Positions 30,356 to 39,796 are shown, counted from the stretch's first letter. The stretch: DNA of 64,000 bases from an uncultured Cytophagales bacterium (GCA_963761725.1 CAVXHP010000006.1:253534-317533), one strand, 5' to 3'. Notes: generated by a model not told the origin, from the letters alone. Translations and numbers: made by a program.

Positions 30356-31443
30356 TATTAGAACTATCAAATATAACAAAGCGTTTTCCTAAGACATTGG
30401 CAGTAGATAATATTTCTCTACAAGTTCAGGCTAATGACCACTTTTTCATTTTAGGCTCTAGTGGATGTGGAAAGAGTACGCTTTTAAATATGATAGCAGG
30501 TTTTATTAAACCTGATAAAGGAATTATAAAATTAGATGGAAATATAATAAATGAAATTTTACCTAATAAACGCCCTATTCATACTGTTTTTCAAGATTAT
30601 GCTCTTTTTCCTCATTTAAATGTATTTGAAAATATAGCATTTAGTTTAAAAGTTCAAAAAGTAAATAAGAGTAATATAAAACATAGAGTGGGAGAGATGC
30701 TAGAACTAGTTAAATTAAGTGGCTTTGAACTCCGTAGAGTTAATGACCTTAGTGGAGGAGAAAAACAAAGAATTGCATTAGCTAGAGCTTTAATAAATCG
30801 TCCTTTAATACTACTCTTAGATGAACCACTTTCTGCTTTAGATTCTAAATTGAAGCGTGAAATGATTGTAGATTTACAAAAAATCAAAAGAGATATTAAT
30901 TGTACATTCATTCACGTAACTCACGACCAATCAGAAGCTCTAAGTTTAGGGGATAAAATTGCAATAATGAGTAAGGGTAAAGTAATACAAGTAGATTCTC
31001 CTATGAACATTTATCAAAAACCTACTACTCATTTTACAGCTTCTTTTATGGGGAAAATAAATACTTTTGAAATAAATAATATATTTAATCGTAGTAATAG
31101 TATTTATATAGGGAAAGCCAAAGATGGTAGTTTATTTTCTTTTGTCTCTGATAAAAAGATTGAAAAAACTGTTTTACTTGGTATTAGACCAGAAAATATT
31201 ATTGTTAGCAAAATAAAAAATAAATCTTTGTTACCTGATTTCTCCTTAGAGAAAAATAAATTGATAGGAAAAATACTATTACAATCCTTTCAAGGTAGTG
31301 ATATTGAATATACATTATTAACATCAATAGGAGAGTTTATAGTGCGAGTTCCTTTAAGTAAAGTAGCAGATTTTAAAACTGAGGAAGAGCTTTTACTTGA
31401 GTGGGAGACTGAATCTTCAATAGTTCTAAATAAAAATGTATAA
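30352..31443 (+). CDS. potA: ABC transporter ATP-binding protein, PotA-like (spermidine/putrescine-type importer)
   Basis: Walker A (GSSGCGKST), the signature LSGGEKQRIALARAL, Walker B (LLLDEP) and a C-terminal TOBE-like extension are present. Confidence 0.7.
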   Translation: MILELSNITKRFPKTLAVDNISLQVQANDHFFILGSSGCGKSTLLNMIAGFIKPDKGIIKLDGNIINEILPNKRPIHTVFQDYALFPHLNVFENIAFSLKVQKVNKSNIKHRVGEMLELVKLSGFELRRVNDLSGGEKQRIALARALINRPLILLLDEPLSALDSKLKREMIVDLQKIKRDINCTFIHVTHDQSEALSLGDKIAIMSKGKVIQVDSPMNIYQKPTTHFTASFMGKINTFEINNIFNRSNSIYIGKAKDGSLFSFVSDKKIEKTVLLGIRPENIIVSKIKNKSLLPDFSLEKNKLIGKILLQSFQGSDIEYTLLTSIGEFIVRVPLSKVADFKTEEELLLEWETESSIVLNKNV

Positions 31444-32279
31444 TGAAAAAAATAAAAGTAAGTTGGATAAATAAAATACTGATATTTCCTTCTGGACTTT
31501 GGATAACAGCATTTTTTTTGATGCCCTTTTTTGTAGTTTTTATTTATACGTTTTTTAGTAGGGGTATTTATGGTAACATTGAGTACAACATCAATATAAA
31601 TAATTATTATAGAGCTTTTGAGTTTGTGTATGCTACATCTTTTTTTCGTTCATTAATATATGCTATACTCACTAGTTTAATAACTTTATTAATTGGATAT
31701 CCTGTTGCATATTGCATAGTTAAAATTTCAAATTTAAAGGTTAAAAGACTACTATTATTTCTTATAATACTTCCTTTTTGGTCAAATTATATTGCGAGAA
31801 TATATGCTTGGGCTATGCTACTGAGTGATAAAGGAATAGTATATCAATTACTATTTGAGTTAAATTTGATAGAAGAAAATCTAAGTATCTTATACTCATC
31901 AAACGCAGTTTATATTGGTCTAATTCATAATTATCTACCTTTTATGATACTATCAATATATGTCGCATTAGAAAACATAGATAAAAGGATATTAAATGCT
32001 TCCTATGATTTAGGTGCATCATTTAGTTACTCATTTATGAGAATTATACTACCCTTGTCTTATAGTGGAATTAGAAATGGATGTATAATGGTATTTAGTT
32101 TTGCAATAGCTGACTACGTAATACCTAACATACTTGGAGGTTCTAAAAAACTTCTAATAAGCAATGTAATTTCTAACCAGTTTATTACAACTAGAGATAT
32201 TCCTTTCGGTGCTACTTTAACAGTCTTATTCACTATTTTAGTATTTGCAATGATATATTACTTATATAAAAAAAATTAA
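31443..32279 (+). CDS. potB: ABC transporter permease, PotB-like
   Basis: Six TM segments and an EAA-like loop (NASYDLGASFSYSFMRIILPLS) are present. Confidence 0.6.
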   Translation: MKKIKVSWINKILIFPSGLWITAFFLMPFFVVFIYTFFSRGIYGNIEYNININNYYRAFEFVYATSFFRSLIYAILTSLITLLIGYPVAYCIVKISNLKVKRLLLFLIILPFWSNYIARIYAWAMLLSDKGIVYQLLFELNLIEENLSILYSSNAVYIGLIHNYLPFMILSIYVALENIDKRILNASYDLGASFSYSFMRIILPLSYSGIRNGCIMVFSFAIADYVIPNILGGSKKLLISNVISNQFITTRDIPFGATLTVLFTILVFAMIYYLYKKN

Positions 32280-32281
32280 AA

Positions 32282-33061
32282 ATGTTTGTAATGAATAAAA
32301 CCTTATCTATATATACATTCCTAATAATAAGTTTCTTATACATTCCTATAATTATACTAGCTATATATTCATTCAGTTCTGACCCCTATTCTATTTCTTT
32401 AAATAGTTTTTCTTTAGATGCATACATAGATTTATATAATGATAGAAGTTTTATATCAGCAATATGGAATAGTGTCATCGTAGCAATAATAGCATCTACA
32501 TTAGCTATAACTATTACAATTCCATTAGTTTATATTTTACACAAAAAGAAAAATATTATAGCGATAACAATAAAGAGTGTGTCCAAGTGGATTTTAATAG
32601 TGCCAGATATAAGTGTTGCTATTGGCATAATGATTTTATTTAAAGCTCTCAACTTCAATAGAGGTTTAGAAACAATTATTATTTCTCATACTACATTTTC
32701 TATAGCATATACAATACTAATAATTGAACCACATATTGAAAGTATTGTACCAAAATTAACAAATGCTGCGATGGATTTAGGTGCAACCGAAATACAAGTT
32801 ATTACAAGTATAATCATACCCTTGATAACTCCCAATTTAATAGTTGCTTTTTGTATTAATTTTACGTTATCTTGGGACGACTTTATTTTTTCTTTTTTCA
32901 ATTCAAGTGCAGGAAATTCTACTCTTTCTGTTTATATTTACACTCTTATAAAAAAAGGTGCTAATCCATCAATCAATGCTATATCTATCATATCTATGAT
33001 TGTATCATTGATTTTTATTACTATTAGCATAAAATTTCAAAGAATTTTGAACAAAATTTAA
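32282..33061 (+). CDS. potC: ABC transporter permease, PotC-like
   Basis: Six TM segments and an EAA-like loop (AAMDLGATEIQVITSIIIPL) are present. Confidence 0.6.
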   Translation: MFVMNKTLSIYTFLIISFLYIPIIILAIYSFSSDPYSISLNSFSLDAYIDLYNDRSFISAIWNSVIVAIIASTLAITITIPLVYILHKKKNIIAITIKSVSKWILIVPDISVAIGIMILFKALNFNRGLETIIISHTTFSIAYTILIIEPHIESIVPKLTNAAMDLGATEIQVITSIIIPLITPNLIVAFCINFTLSWDDFIFSFFNSSAGNSTLSVYIYTLIKKGANPSINAISIISMIVSLIFITISIKFQRILNKI

Positions 33062-33066
33062 CAATT

Positions 33067-34111
33067 ATGTTGAAGCATATAAAACATAGCCTATTTATAA
33101 CCATACTTTTCATTTTTGGAGGTTGTTCTTTTCGACAACAACAATAATAAAGAAAAAACAGACGAATTCATAAACGTCTATAATTGGACATATGTTATTC
33201 CTTCTGAGGTAATTACAGATTTTGAAAAAACATATCATGTGAAAGTAAATTATGATAATTACTCTTCTAATGAAGAATTATTAGCTAAAATACAAAGCCC
33301 ATCACATAATTACGATTTAATTTTTCCTAGTGATTATATGGTGCAAATAATGATAAAACAAGATTTATTAGCACCATTGAATTACAGTAATATTCCTAAT
33401 TCAGAAAATATTTCAGACGATTTTAAAGGCTTATTTTTTGACCCTAAAGATAAATATAGCATACCTTTTGAATGGTCTACAGCAGGTATTAGTGTCAATA
33501 CTAATAAAGTTCAGAATTACAATAAGTCGTGGGATATACTATTTGATGAAAAGTTTAAGAATGATGTAACAGTGTTAGATGACATGAGGTATGGTATTTT
33601 ACCAGCTATATTTAAGCTAGGTTACAATCCAAACACAAAGGAAGAAGACGAGATTAATAAAGCAAAAGAATTGATGTTTAAACAAAAAGAATTTGTTAAA
33701 GCATATAGTAGTGATACTTATATTGATATGCTAAAAAAAGAAGAAGTTGCTATTGCTTATGGTTGGAGTATAGACTTATTAAAAATCCAAAAGGAAAAAC
33801 CACACATTCGTTATTTTATTCCCAAAGAAGGTTCTACAAAAATTATAGAATTGATGTGTATTCCAAAAGAATCTAAAAGAAAAGGTTTAGCAGAAAAGTT
33901 TATTAATTACATACTAATTCCAGAGATTCACGCTAAAATCTCTAACTATTCAATGGCAACAAACCCTAATGAGAAGGCAAAACCTTTTATAAACGAAAAT
34001 TATAGAAGTATTAGTGATAGCGTTGATATGGACAAGCTCTTTTTTCTGAAAGATGTTGGAGACGCAACTATATTTTATGATAATGCTTGGAATGATATAA
34101 AAAATAAGTAA
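33067..34111 (+). pseudogene. potD: PotD/PotF-like periplasmic polyamine-binding lipoprotein; the signal peptide is out of frame with the body
   Basis: The body (33116-34111, TTG start in the track) has PotD-like motifs (VYNWTYVIPSEVITDFEKTYHVKVNYDNYSSNEELLAKI). The lipoprotein signal MLKHIKHSLFITILFIFGGCSF (33067-) is in the -1 frame relative to the body. Removing one T from the T4 run at 33129-33132 joins them. Confidence 0.55.
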
Positions 34112-34257
34112 TGTGATTAAAATTAGTTTTAACTTTTTTAATCAAAATGAACCTACTCCCCCACCAAATAGCCCAAAAGTTATGAGTTTCCGAAAGGACA
34201 ATCTATAATTATAGAAAAAAAATAAAAGGTAAATTCAAAGAAGAGCTAAGAAACGGC

Positions 34258-34737
34258 ATGACTTACCTAGAGTTTGTACCATTTTTAGAGTATGCAAAAT
34301 CACTTGGCAATACCTTTCCGAAAGATTCAGAAATATTTCCGAATATTCAGAAAGAGGCACAAAATGATTCAGAAAAAGTGAAAGAAAACAAGATAGAAAA
34401 GCCAAATTGAAATTTCTGAAATATTTCGGAAAGGGTTGCAGAAGTTTCCGAAAGCAAGGAAAATACCCAAAACCGAAATAAAAAGAAAAAACAGCTAGAA
34501 AATTATAGCAATAATCTAAATGAACAAGTTCAAAAATATGCACTTGCATTTAATGAAGAAAAAGCAGAGAGAAAAGAATTACAAAAAAAATACGATACTT
34601 TAGAAACTAGATTTTTGGATAAGGTAGAAGAAGTAGCTCGTTTTAAATGAAAAACAGCTTTATTCTTTGCACTTTTGGGAGGACTTGCTTTTGCTCTTAC
34701 ACTAATTTTAGTTTACCTACTCTTTCTCAAAACCTAA
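34258..34737 (+). other. 160-codon frame open only if TGA is sense: coiled-coil protein with a C-terminal TM anchor (possible mobilization/partition-like protein)
   Basis: It is a single frame from ATG 34258 to TAA 34735-34737. In-frame TGA codons lie at 34408, 34417 and 34648. There is no in-frame TAA/TAG. The C-terminus KTALFFALLGGLAFALTLILVYLLFLKT is a TM helix. Confidence 0.4.
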
Positions 34738-34814
34738 AGAAAAACAACGTTGTCTTTTTTTATTTTACTATTTTATATATTTTACGCAGCTTAAAGACCA
34801 GTTCAGACCTAGTG

Positions 34815-34912
34815 TTTCAGACTTAAAGATGGAATAAGATAGGTCTAAATAAGAGTATTATGGGGTAAAATATGAATAAATTAGGGTTTAAGATGGAATA
34901 AGATAGGTTCTA
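34815..34912. repeat. Putative iterons: two copies of TTAA(A)GATGGAATAAGATAGGT(C/T)CT spaced ~73 bp apart, 120-220 bp upstream of the Rep_3 gene
   Basis: Direct repeats lie at ~34815-34840 and ~34888-34912. A related copy (CTAAGATGGAATGTTGCATAGG) lies at ~36768-36790. Confidence 0.45.
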
Positions 34913-35034
34913 TATATGAGAAAAATGAGGTTGTTGAAAAAATAAGTATGGAAATAAAAGTTTTCCACTCATATTTTAGCTTGTATTTATGTAAATTTTC
35001 CTTAGATTTTTAGTGTTTAGCTTATCTTACTGCA

Positions 35035-36231
35035 ATGGAAAAAGCCACACAACAGTTAGTAGTAAAGCATAATTATCTGATTAATGCCAAATATGATTTT
35101 TCTCTTTTAGAAATGAAGGTATTTTTGTTAGCCGTTTCTAAAATACAGCCACAAGATAAAACAACTACCAAGTATAGAATTTATGTAAAAGATTTTAAGC
35201 AACTTGTAAACACACAATCTAAGCAGGAATATAAAAGAGTGAAAGCAACCGTTAAAAGTCTAATGAAAAAGATTGTAGAAATACCAAGAGGAGAAGATAA
35301 ATCTGTTTTGATGTGTCAATTATTTTGACCTTCTGTTTACCACGACGGAGAAGGCTATGTAGAAATTCAGTTTTATGAAGAAATAAGAGCTTATTTATTA
35401 GAACTCAAAGAGAGATTTACACAGTATAACCTTCACAATATTGTCAGAATAAAATCCTTTTCCAGTATTAGAATCTATGAATTACTCAAACAGTACGAAA
35501 CGATAGGAAAAAGAACTTTTGAACTTACAGAGCTAAAAAGTATTCTAAAGGTAGAGAAAAAGTATAAATCATACGCTGATTTTAAAAGGTATATTTTAAA
35601 GAGAGCGCAGAAAGAAGTTTGAGCCTATTGTGATATTTCATTTACCTTTAAAGAAATCAAAAAGGGTAGGAGAGTAAATAAATTAGTGTTTTACATCCAA
35701 AGGAAGGAAAAAAAAGATACTCAAAACCCAGTTCAGACCGTCGTAGAAAATGATTTAAGTGCAAAATTTTTGCTTACCCCTAGACAAGTCCGTGAAGTGC
35801 TAAAAAAATATGAGAATGATTTGCTTCATTTAGAGAAAATTCTTTGAGAAATAGCTAAGAAATATAAAACAGGAGAAATAGAAAAATTAGGAGCTTATAC
35901 TTTCAAAACTTTAATAGAAGGAAAACACGAAAAAAGTCTTTTTGATGAAGAAGTCCAAATAGAAAAAGACAAAAAGCAACAGAAGAAAGCAGCAAAGATA
36001 GAAGAACAAAAACAGAGTGAAAAAGATAAACAGAAAACACAAGAAGAAAAAGAGCAGCTAATCACTCAGATAGAAAAAGCACTTTCAGAAGATGAAAAAA
36101 ATAGTTTGGAAGAGGAATTTAAAACTCATATTTCAAAACCTCATTTGCAACAACTAAGCGAACGCCCACGAGGAAAGAAGATATTACGACAAAATTTTTT
36201 GGCTAAAAAGTTCCTATCCGAAGACGATTAA
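35035..36231 (+). pseudogene. Rep_3-family plasmid replication initiator containing three in-frame TGA codons (open only if TGA is sense)
   Basis: The N-terminus VVKHNYLINAKYDFSLLEMKVFLLAVSKIQ is Rep_3-like. So are the core RFTQYNLHNIVRIKSFSSIRIYELLKQYE and KSYADFKRYILKRAQKEV...FTFKEIKKGRRVNKLVF. The frame is continuous from 35035 to TAA 36229-36231. TGA codons lie at 35326, 35620 and 35845. There is no TGG codon in the ORF. Confidence 0.7.
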
Positions 36232-36254
36232 ATTTTATTTTCAACTTTGTTTGA

Positions 36255-36689
36255 ATGGAAAAGACAAAAGCAGATTTTGATTTGCGAAACAAGCAGAAAC
36301 AAAAAATAGAAAAAAGTGATGATTCTATACTTTCAGTTCGTGAATGACAACTTTGGCGATATTATGAGTGAATGAATGTAGGTAACGAACAATCAAAATG
36401 AAGAGAATGAAATTTTAGAAGAGTAGGTTTGATTCTAAACAAAAAAGTAGGTCGTTGAATGGTTCTTATTCTACCTATCACAACAAAATACAAAGAAGAA
36501 CATAGGGTTTACAAACTTCTCATTAAGAACCCTACTCAATACGGACTTTCAAATCCAAGTGCATTTATCTTAAATCGTTTCAACGTTATTTCTACAAAAA
36601 GATTAATTAAGGAAAAATCTGATTCTGTTTTACACTCTAATTTTTTGCAACTTTTGAAGAGGAAAATAATTAGCACTATTCACGAATAA
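36255..36689 (+). pseudogene. MazF/PemK-like toxin gene containing five in-frame TGA codons (open only if TGA is sense)
   Basis: A single frame runs from 36255 to TAA 36687-36689. TGA codons lie at 36345, 36369, 36399, 36408 and 36456. ...VGNEQSK-x-RE-x-NFRRVGLILNKKVGR-x-MVLILPITTKYKEEHRVYKLLIK...ISTKRLI parallels the MazF G-x-E-Q...R-P...P-x-T-T core. Track ORF 36459..36689 is only the tail of this frame. Confidence 0.5.
36624..36670. repeat. ~47-bp direct repeat A (copy 1), core TCTGTTTTACACTCTAATTTTTTGCAACTT
   Basis: The same 30-bp core plus a similar tail recurs at 39182-39228. Together they bracket the nuclease cassette. Confidence 0.6.
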
Positions 36690-36879
36690 AGAAATACATC
36701 ATTATTTATTTTTCTCTAATATTAAATTAGCAACTTTTTAGATTATTTGAACTTAATTACCATTTCTAAGATGGAATGTTGCATAGGGTGGATAGTTATA
36801 AGAATATTTTGTAGAAATAATGTTATATTTGATTAGAGTTAGTGTTAACAAATTTACTTACAAATAACGTGCATTATAA

Positions 36880-38241
36880 ATGATTATAGTTAGACCTAGG
36901 TTGAATGATTATCATAACATTCCATTCACACAAGAAGAAGTAGATTTTGCAATTCCTTATTTGAATGAAGATATACCTTTATATGTTGATCCATTTTTAT
37001 TGTGGAAATCTCCATCACTTCAAGATAATTCTTTGCATACAGTTATCATCAACTCATTTAATCATCTTGGTCATTTAGTTAATACAAATAAAGAAGACAA
37101 AGCTATTGATATTCTGGTACAAACAAGTGAATGTAATGAAGTTGGAATGGGTAATTCAAAAACAAGAATAGGAAAACCAATAGGACATAAAACAGCTAAA
37201 GAAATATTGAATTTATTTATAAATATTCCTCAGTTAAAAAGCTCTGGTTTCGTCCATTTTGAAAGTATTCAACTACTTGTTAATGGTATTTCAAAGGATA
37301 GAATTAGTGATTTTACTACTAGCTTTATTAAATCTTTTCTAATAGATTATACAATAGAACAATGTGAAAAATATCACATACCTATTCATTCTGTAAAAAT
37401 AGAATCACTTTATAGTTACAAAGAAAATTCTATAATTTCAGAGAACGTTTATTTACCTACGAATCCTGAAAATAACTCTCCTATTTTGTTTGTTCCAAAA
37501 AGATGGTTAAGATTCATTCCTTGGATAAATTTTGATGACTACTATAAAACCTTTCAATTAAAAGATACACAACAACAAAAAGATAGAATTCCATTATTGA
37601 ATTACAATAGACAGAATTTCGATGCTGTTATGGCTTATGTAAAAATTAAGGAAAGTGAAAGAAAATTATGTAAAAATGACTTGATATTTAAGCCTATTTC
37701 AAAGACTTCTGTTACTAGAAAGGTAAATACAATTATTAAACTAGATACAGGCAAGACAAATAATGCTGATATTGAATTTGAAAAAAATATTTGTTCTGTA
37801 CTTCCTACGACATTCTTTCCATATTTGGATTTTGCTGAAGCACAAAGTAGAACTGTAGATGGAGTACATATAAGAGATTTAATATTTTATAATAATCGTT
37901 CTCACTCTTTCCTTGAGGAAATATATGAACAGTATGAATGTAAACAGATTATTTTTGAACTAAAGAATGTTAAGGAGCTAAGTAATGAACACGTAAATCA
38001 ACTGAATAGATACTTAAAAGAGCAATTTGGTAAATTTGGTGTTTTAGTAACGAGAAGCCCTCCATCTAAGAAAGTCCTGAAAAACATAATAAATTTATGG
38101 TCAGGTCAGCGAAAATGTATTTTAGTTCTTACAGATGAAGACATGAAATTAATAGGCAGTCTTTATCAAGGAAATCAAAGACCAGCCATTGATATTTTAA
38201 AGAAAAAATATGTAGAGTTTACAAGAGATTGTCCATCCTAA
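36880..38241 (+). CDS. 453-aa protein with an unknown N-terminal domain and a C-terminal Mrr-like PD-(D/E)xK restriction-endonuclease-like domain
   Basis: The C-terminal region TVDGVHIRDLIFYNN...QIIFELKNVKELSNEHVNQLNRYLKEQFGKFGVLVTRSPPSKKV matches the hydrophobic-D ... hydrophobic-ExK ... vLvT layout of the Mrr_cat/PD-(D/E)xK fold. This is a motif-level call. Confidence 0.45.
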   Translation: MIIVRPRLNDYHNIPFTQEEVDFAIPYLNEDIPLYVDPFLLWKSPSLQDNSLHTVIINSFNHLGHLVNTNKEDKAIDILVQTSECNEVGMGNSKTRIGKPIGHKTAKEILNLFINIPQLKSSGFVHFESIQLLVNGISKDRISDFTTSFIKSFLIDYTIEQCEKYHIPIHSVKIESLYSYKENSIISENVYLPTNPENNSPILFVPKRWLRFIPWINFDDYYKTFQLKDTQQQKDRIPLLNYNRQNFDAVMAYVKIKESERKLCKNDLIFKPISKTSVTRKVNTIIKLDTGKTNNADIEFEKNICSVLPTTFFPYLDFAEAQSRTVDGVHIRDLIFYNNRSHSFLEEIYEQYECKQIIFELKNVKELSNEHVNQLNRYLKEQFGKFGVLVTRSPPSKKVLKNIINLWSGQRKCILVLTDEDMKLIGSLYQGNQRPAIDILKKKYVEFTRDCPS

Positions 38242-38253
38242 ATTTTAAACTAG

Positions 38254-38649
38254 ATGAATGAAGAGCAAATTAACAATTTTGAGAAATGTCAGACACAAAT
38301 TGAAGGATTATTATCTGAGATAGGTTTATTATCTAAGAAAAATCCTAATGATGCAGTAAATAAATTCAAACTTATTTTTATTAATGAATTAATTACGAAT
38401 GCTAACATAATTCTGACTTCTGACTATATGCCTTTCAAATCGTTCAATGATTTTGATGTAGATTCTGTCCCCTCTAATAGTGATGTTACTTTCATCCTAT
38501 CACAATATCTAAATTGTTTTGAGAAACTAAGAGCAGATAATATATACTGTAAGTCTGAATACATAGGAGGTAAATACCATAATAATTGGTATTGGAGAAC
38601 AGGTAATAAAAAATTAATAGCTACTTCACAACCAAACAAAATAAAATGA
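38254..38649 (+). CDS. Small protein A (131 aa), paralogous to the next gene
   Basis: It shares KKNP-D..NKFK...PSNSD...QY...R...W blocks with 38646..39062. It starts 13 nt after the nuclease-domain gene. Confidence 0.4.
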   Translation: MNEEQINNFEKCQTQIEGLLSEIGLLSKKNPNDAVNKFKLIFINELITNANIILTSDYMPFKSFNDFDVDSVPSNSDVTFILSQYLNCFEKLRADNIYCKSEYIGGKYHNNWYWRTGNKKLIATSQPNKIK

Positions 38650-39062
38650 AAAATAACAAAAAAAATGAAAAAGATTTATTTCCTTCTCAAGAAGAAGTAG
38701 ATAAATTCAAAATGTTAGAAGGTTTAATTGAATCTATTACTTTAGAAATGAAGGAATTTGCTAAGAAGAAGCCTGATGAAACATTGAATAAGTTTAAGAC
38801 TAATACAATAAATAATATTCTAAAAGACTTGAAAGAAATCATGAGAAAGGAAGCTACCAATGATTATCTTGTTTTATTAGATAAAGATGTTTTACCATCT
38901 AATAGTGATGCTGTGATTGTCATAGGACAATATAACTCAGCAATATCTCAATTTAGAGCAAAATATAATGGTAAAACAGACGAATATTCGTTACAACGTT
39001 GGTTCACACAAGAAAATCCAGGAACTCATTATAAGCAAAGAGGTTTATTAGATGGGTTGTAA
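38646..39062 (+). CDS. Small protein B (138 aa), paralog of 38254..38649
   Basis: Its start overlaps the preceding stop (ATGA). The paralog pair shares conserved KKKPDETLNKFK and PSNSD blocks. Confidence 0.4.
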   Translation: MKNNKKNEKDLFPSQEEVDKFKMLEGLIESITLEMKEFAKKKPDETLNKFKTNTINNILKDLKEIMRKEATNDYLVLLDKDVLPSNSDAVIVIGQYNSAISQFRAKYNGKTDEYSLQRWFTQENPGTHYKQRGLLDGL

Positions 39063-39181
39063 GTTTTATTTTAGTTAAAAATTATAAGCTACATCTATTA
39101 ATTTAGTGGTAGCTTTTTTTATATAAGTAACCATATTGTTAGCAAATAAAAAACATTTAATTTATTATAATTGAATCTCCT

Positions 39182-39228
39182 TCTGTTTTACACTCTAATT
39201 TTTTGCAACTTCTCAAAAGGAAAAATTT
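39182..39228. repeat. ~47-bp direct repeat A (copy 2)
   Basis: Matches 36624-36670. Confidence 0.6.
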
Positions 39229-39233
39229 CATTT

Positions 39234-39294
39234 AAAAAAATCGCCTACTCACACTAAGGAGAGTAGGAAGCTGGAGACTCAAATTAAGGTCTCT
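39234..39294. repeat. Repeat R (copy 1): AAAAAAATCGCCTACTCACACTAAGGAGAGTAGGAAGCTGGAGACTC plus a second small hairpin
   Basis: A 7-bp stem hairpin CCTACTC/GAGTAGG with an AAGGA-containing loop. A ~48-nt match lies at 39978-40027. Confidence 0.55.
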
Positions 39295-39442
39295 ATGGCA
39301 TTTGCTTTTAAGCTAATGCCTATGAAAATAGCTTATTGATTTTTAAAGAAAGATCAAGTTTTTATTATTTCTACTTATTTACAACTTAATGCTCTAATTG
39401 TCGTACTCATATAGAAGATTTTTTTAATTAAACCTTACTATT

Positions 39443-39778
39443 ATGTCAATAAGAAATGTATTAAGCATAAACTATAGCTTTACACAAGAACAAGAAGAAA
39501 TGATTAATTCTGAAATTCATAAACACGCTAAAGAAAATGCAGGTTTTCTAAGTAAATACTCTGTTGAGTTTAAGTCTGTTAAAATCACTGGGAATAAAAA
39601 TGGAGATTTTATTACTCTTAAAGGGAGTGGTACTGTACAAGGGCATATCACAAAAAGTAGTAATTCTAATTATACCCAAGAGGGTGTAGAGGAAAAAACA
39701 GCATACTTTAATTTTGATGTTTCCATAGATGAAGAAGATGAAATAGTGGTTGAATCTAATAGCACAACTTATATCTAA
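39443..39778 (+). CDS. Hypothetical protein (111 aa)
   Basis: Intact ORF bracketed by the R repeats and followed by a terminator hairpin. Confidence 0.3.
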   Translation: MSIRNVLSINYSFTQEQEEMINSEIHKHAKENAGFLSKYSVEFKSVKITGNKNGDFITLKGSGTVQGHITKSSNSNYTQEGVEEKTAYFNFDVSIDEEDEIVVESNSTTYI

Positions 39779-39796
39779 ATATGTTCTTTTTACTAA

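Noticed and set aside
35035-36231. First reading of the Rep_3 region as a frameshifted pseudogene split into several ORFs
   Set aside because: Codon-by-codon re-framing shows a single frame from 35035 to 36231. The only interruptions are three TGA codons, so the ORF is not frameshifted.
36459-36689. Track ORF 36459..36689 as a stand-alone 76-aa gene
   Set aside because: It is the tail of a longer frame (36255-36689) that contains five in-frame TGA codons. The Met at 36459 directly follows one of them.
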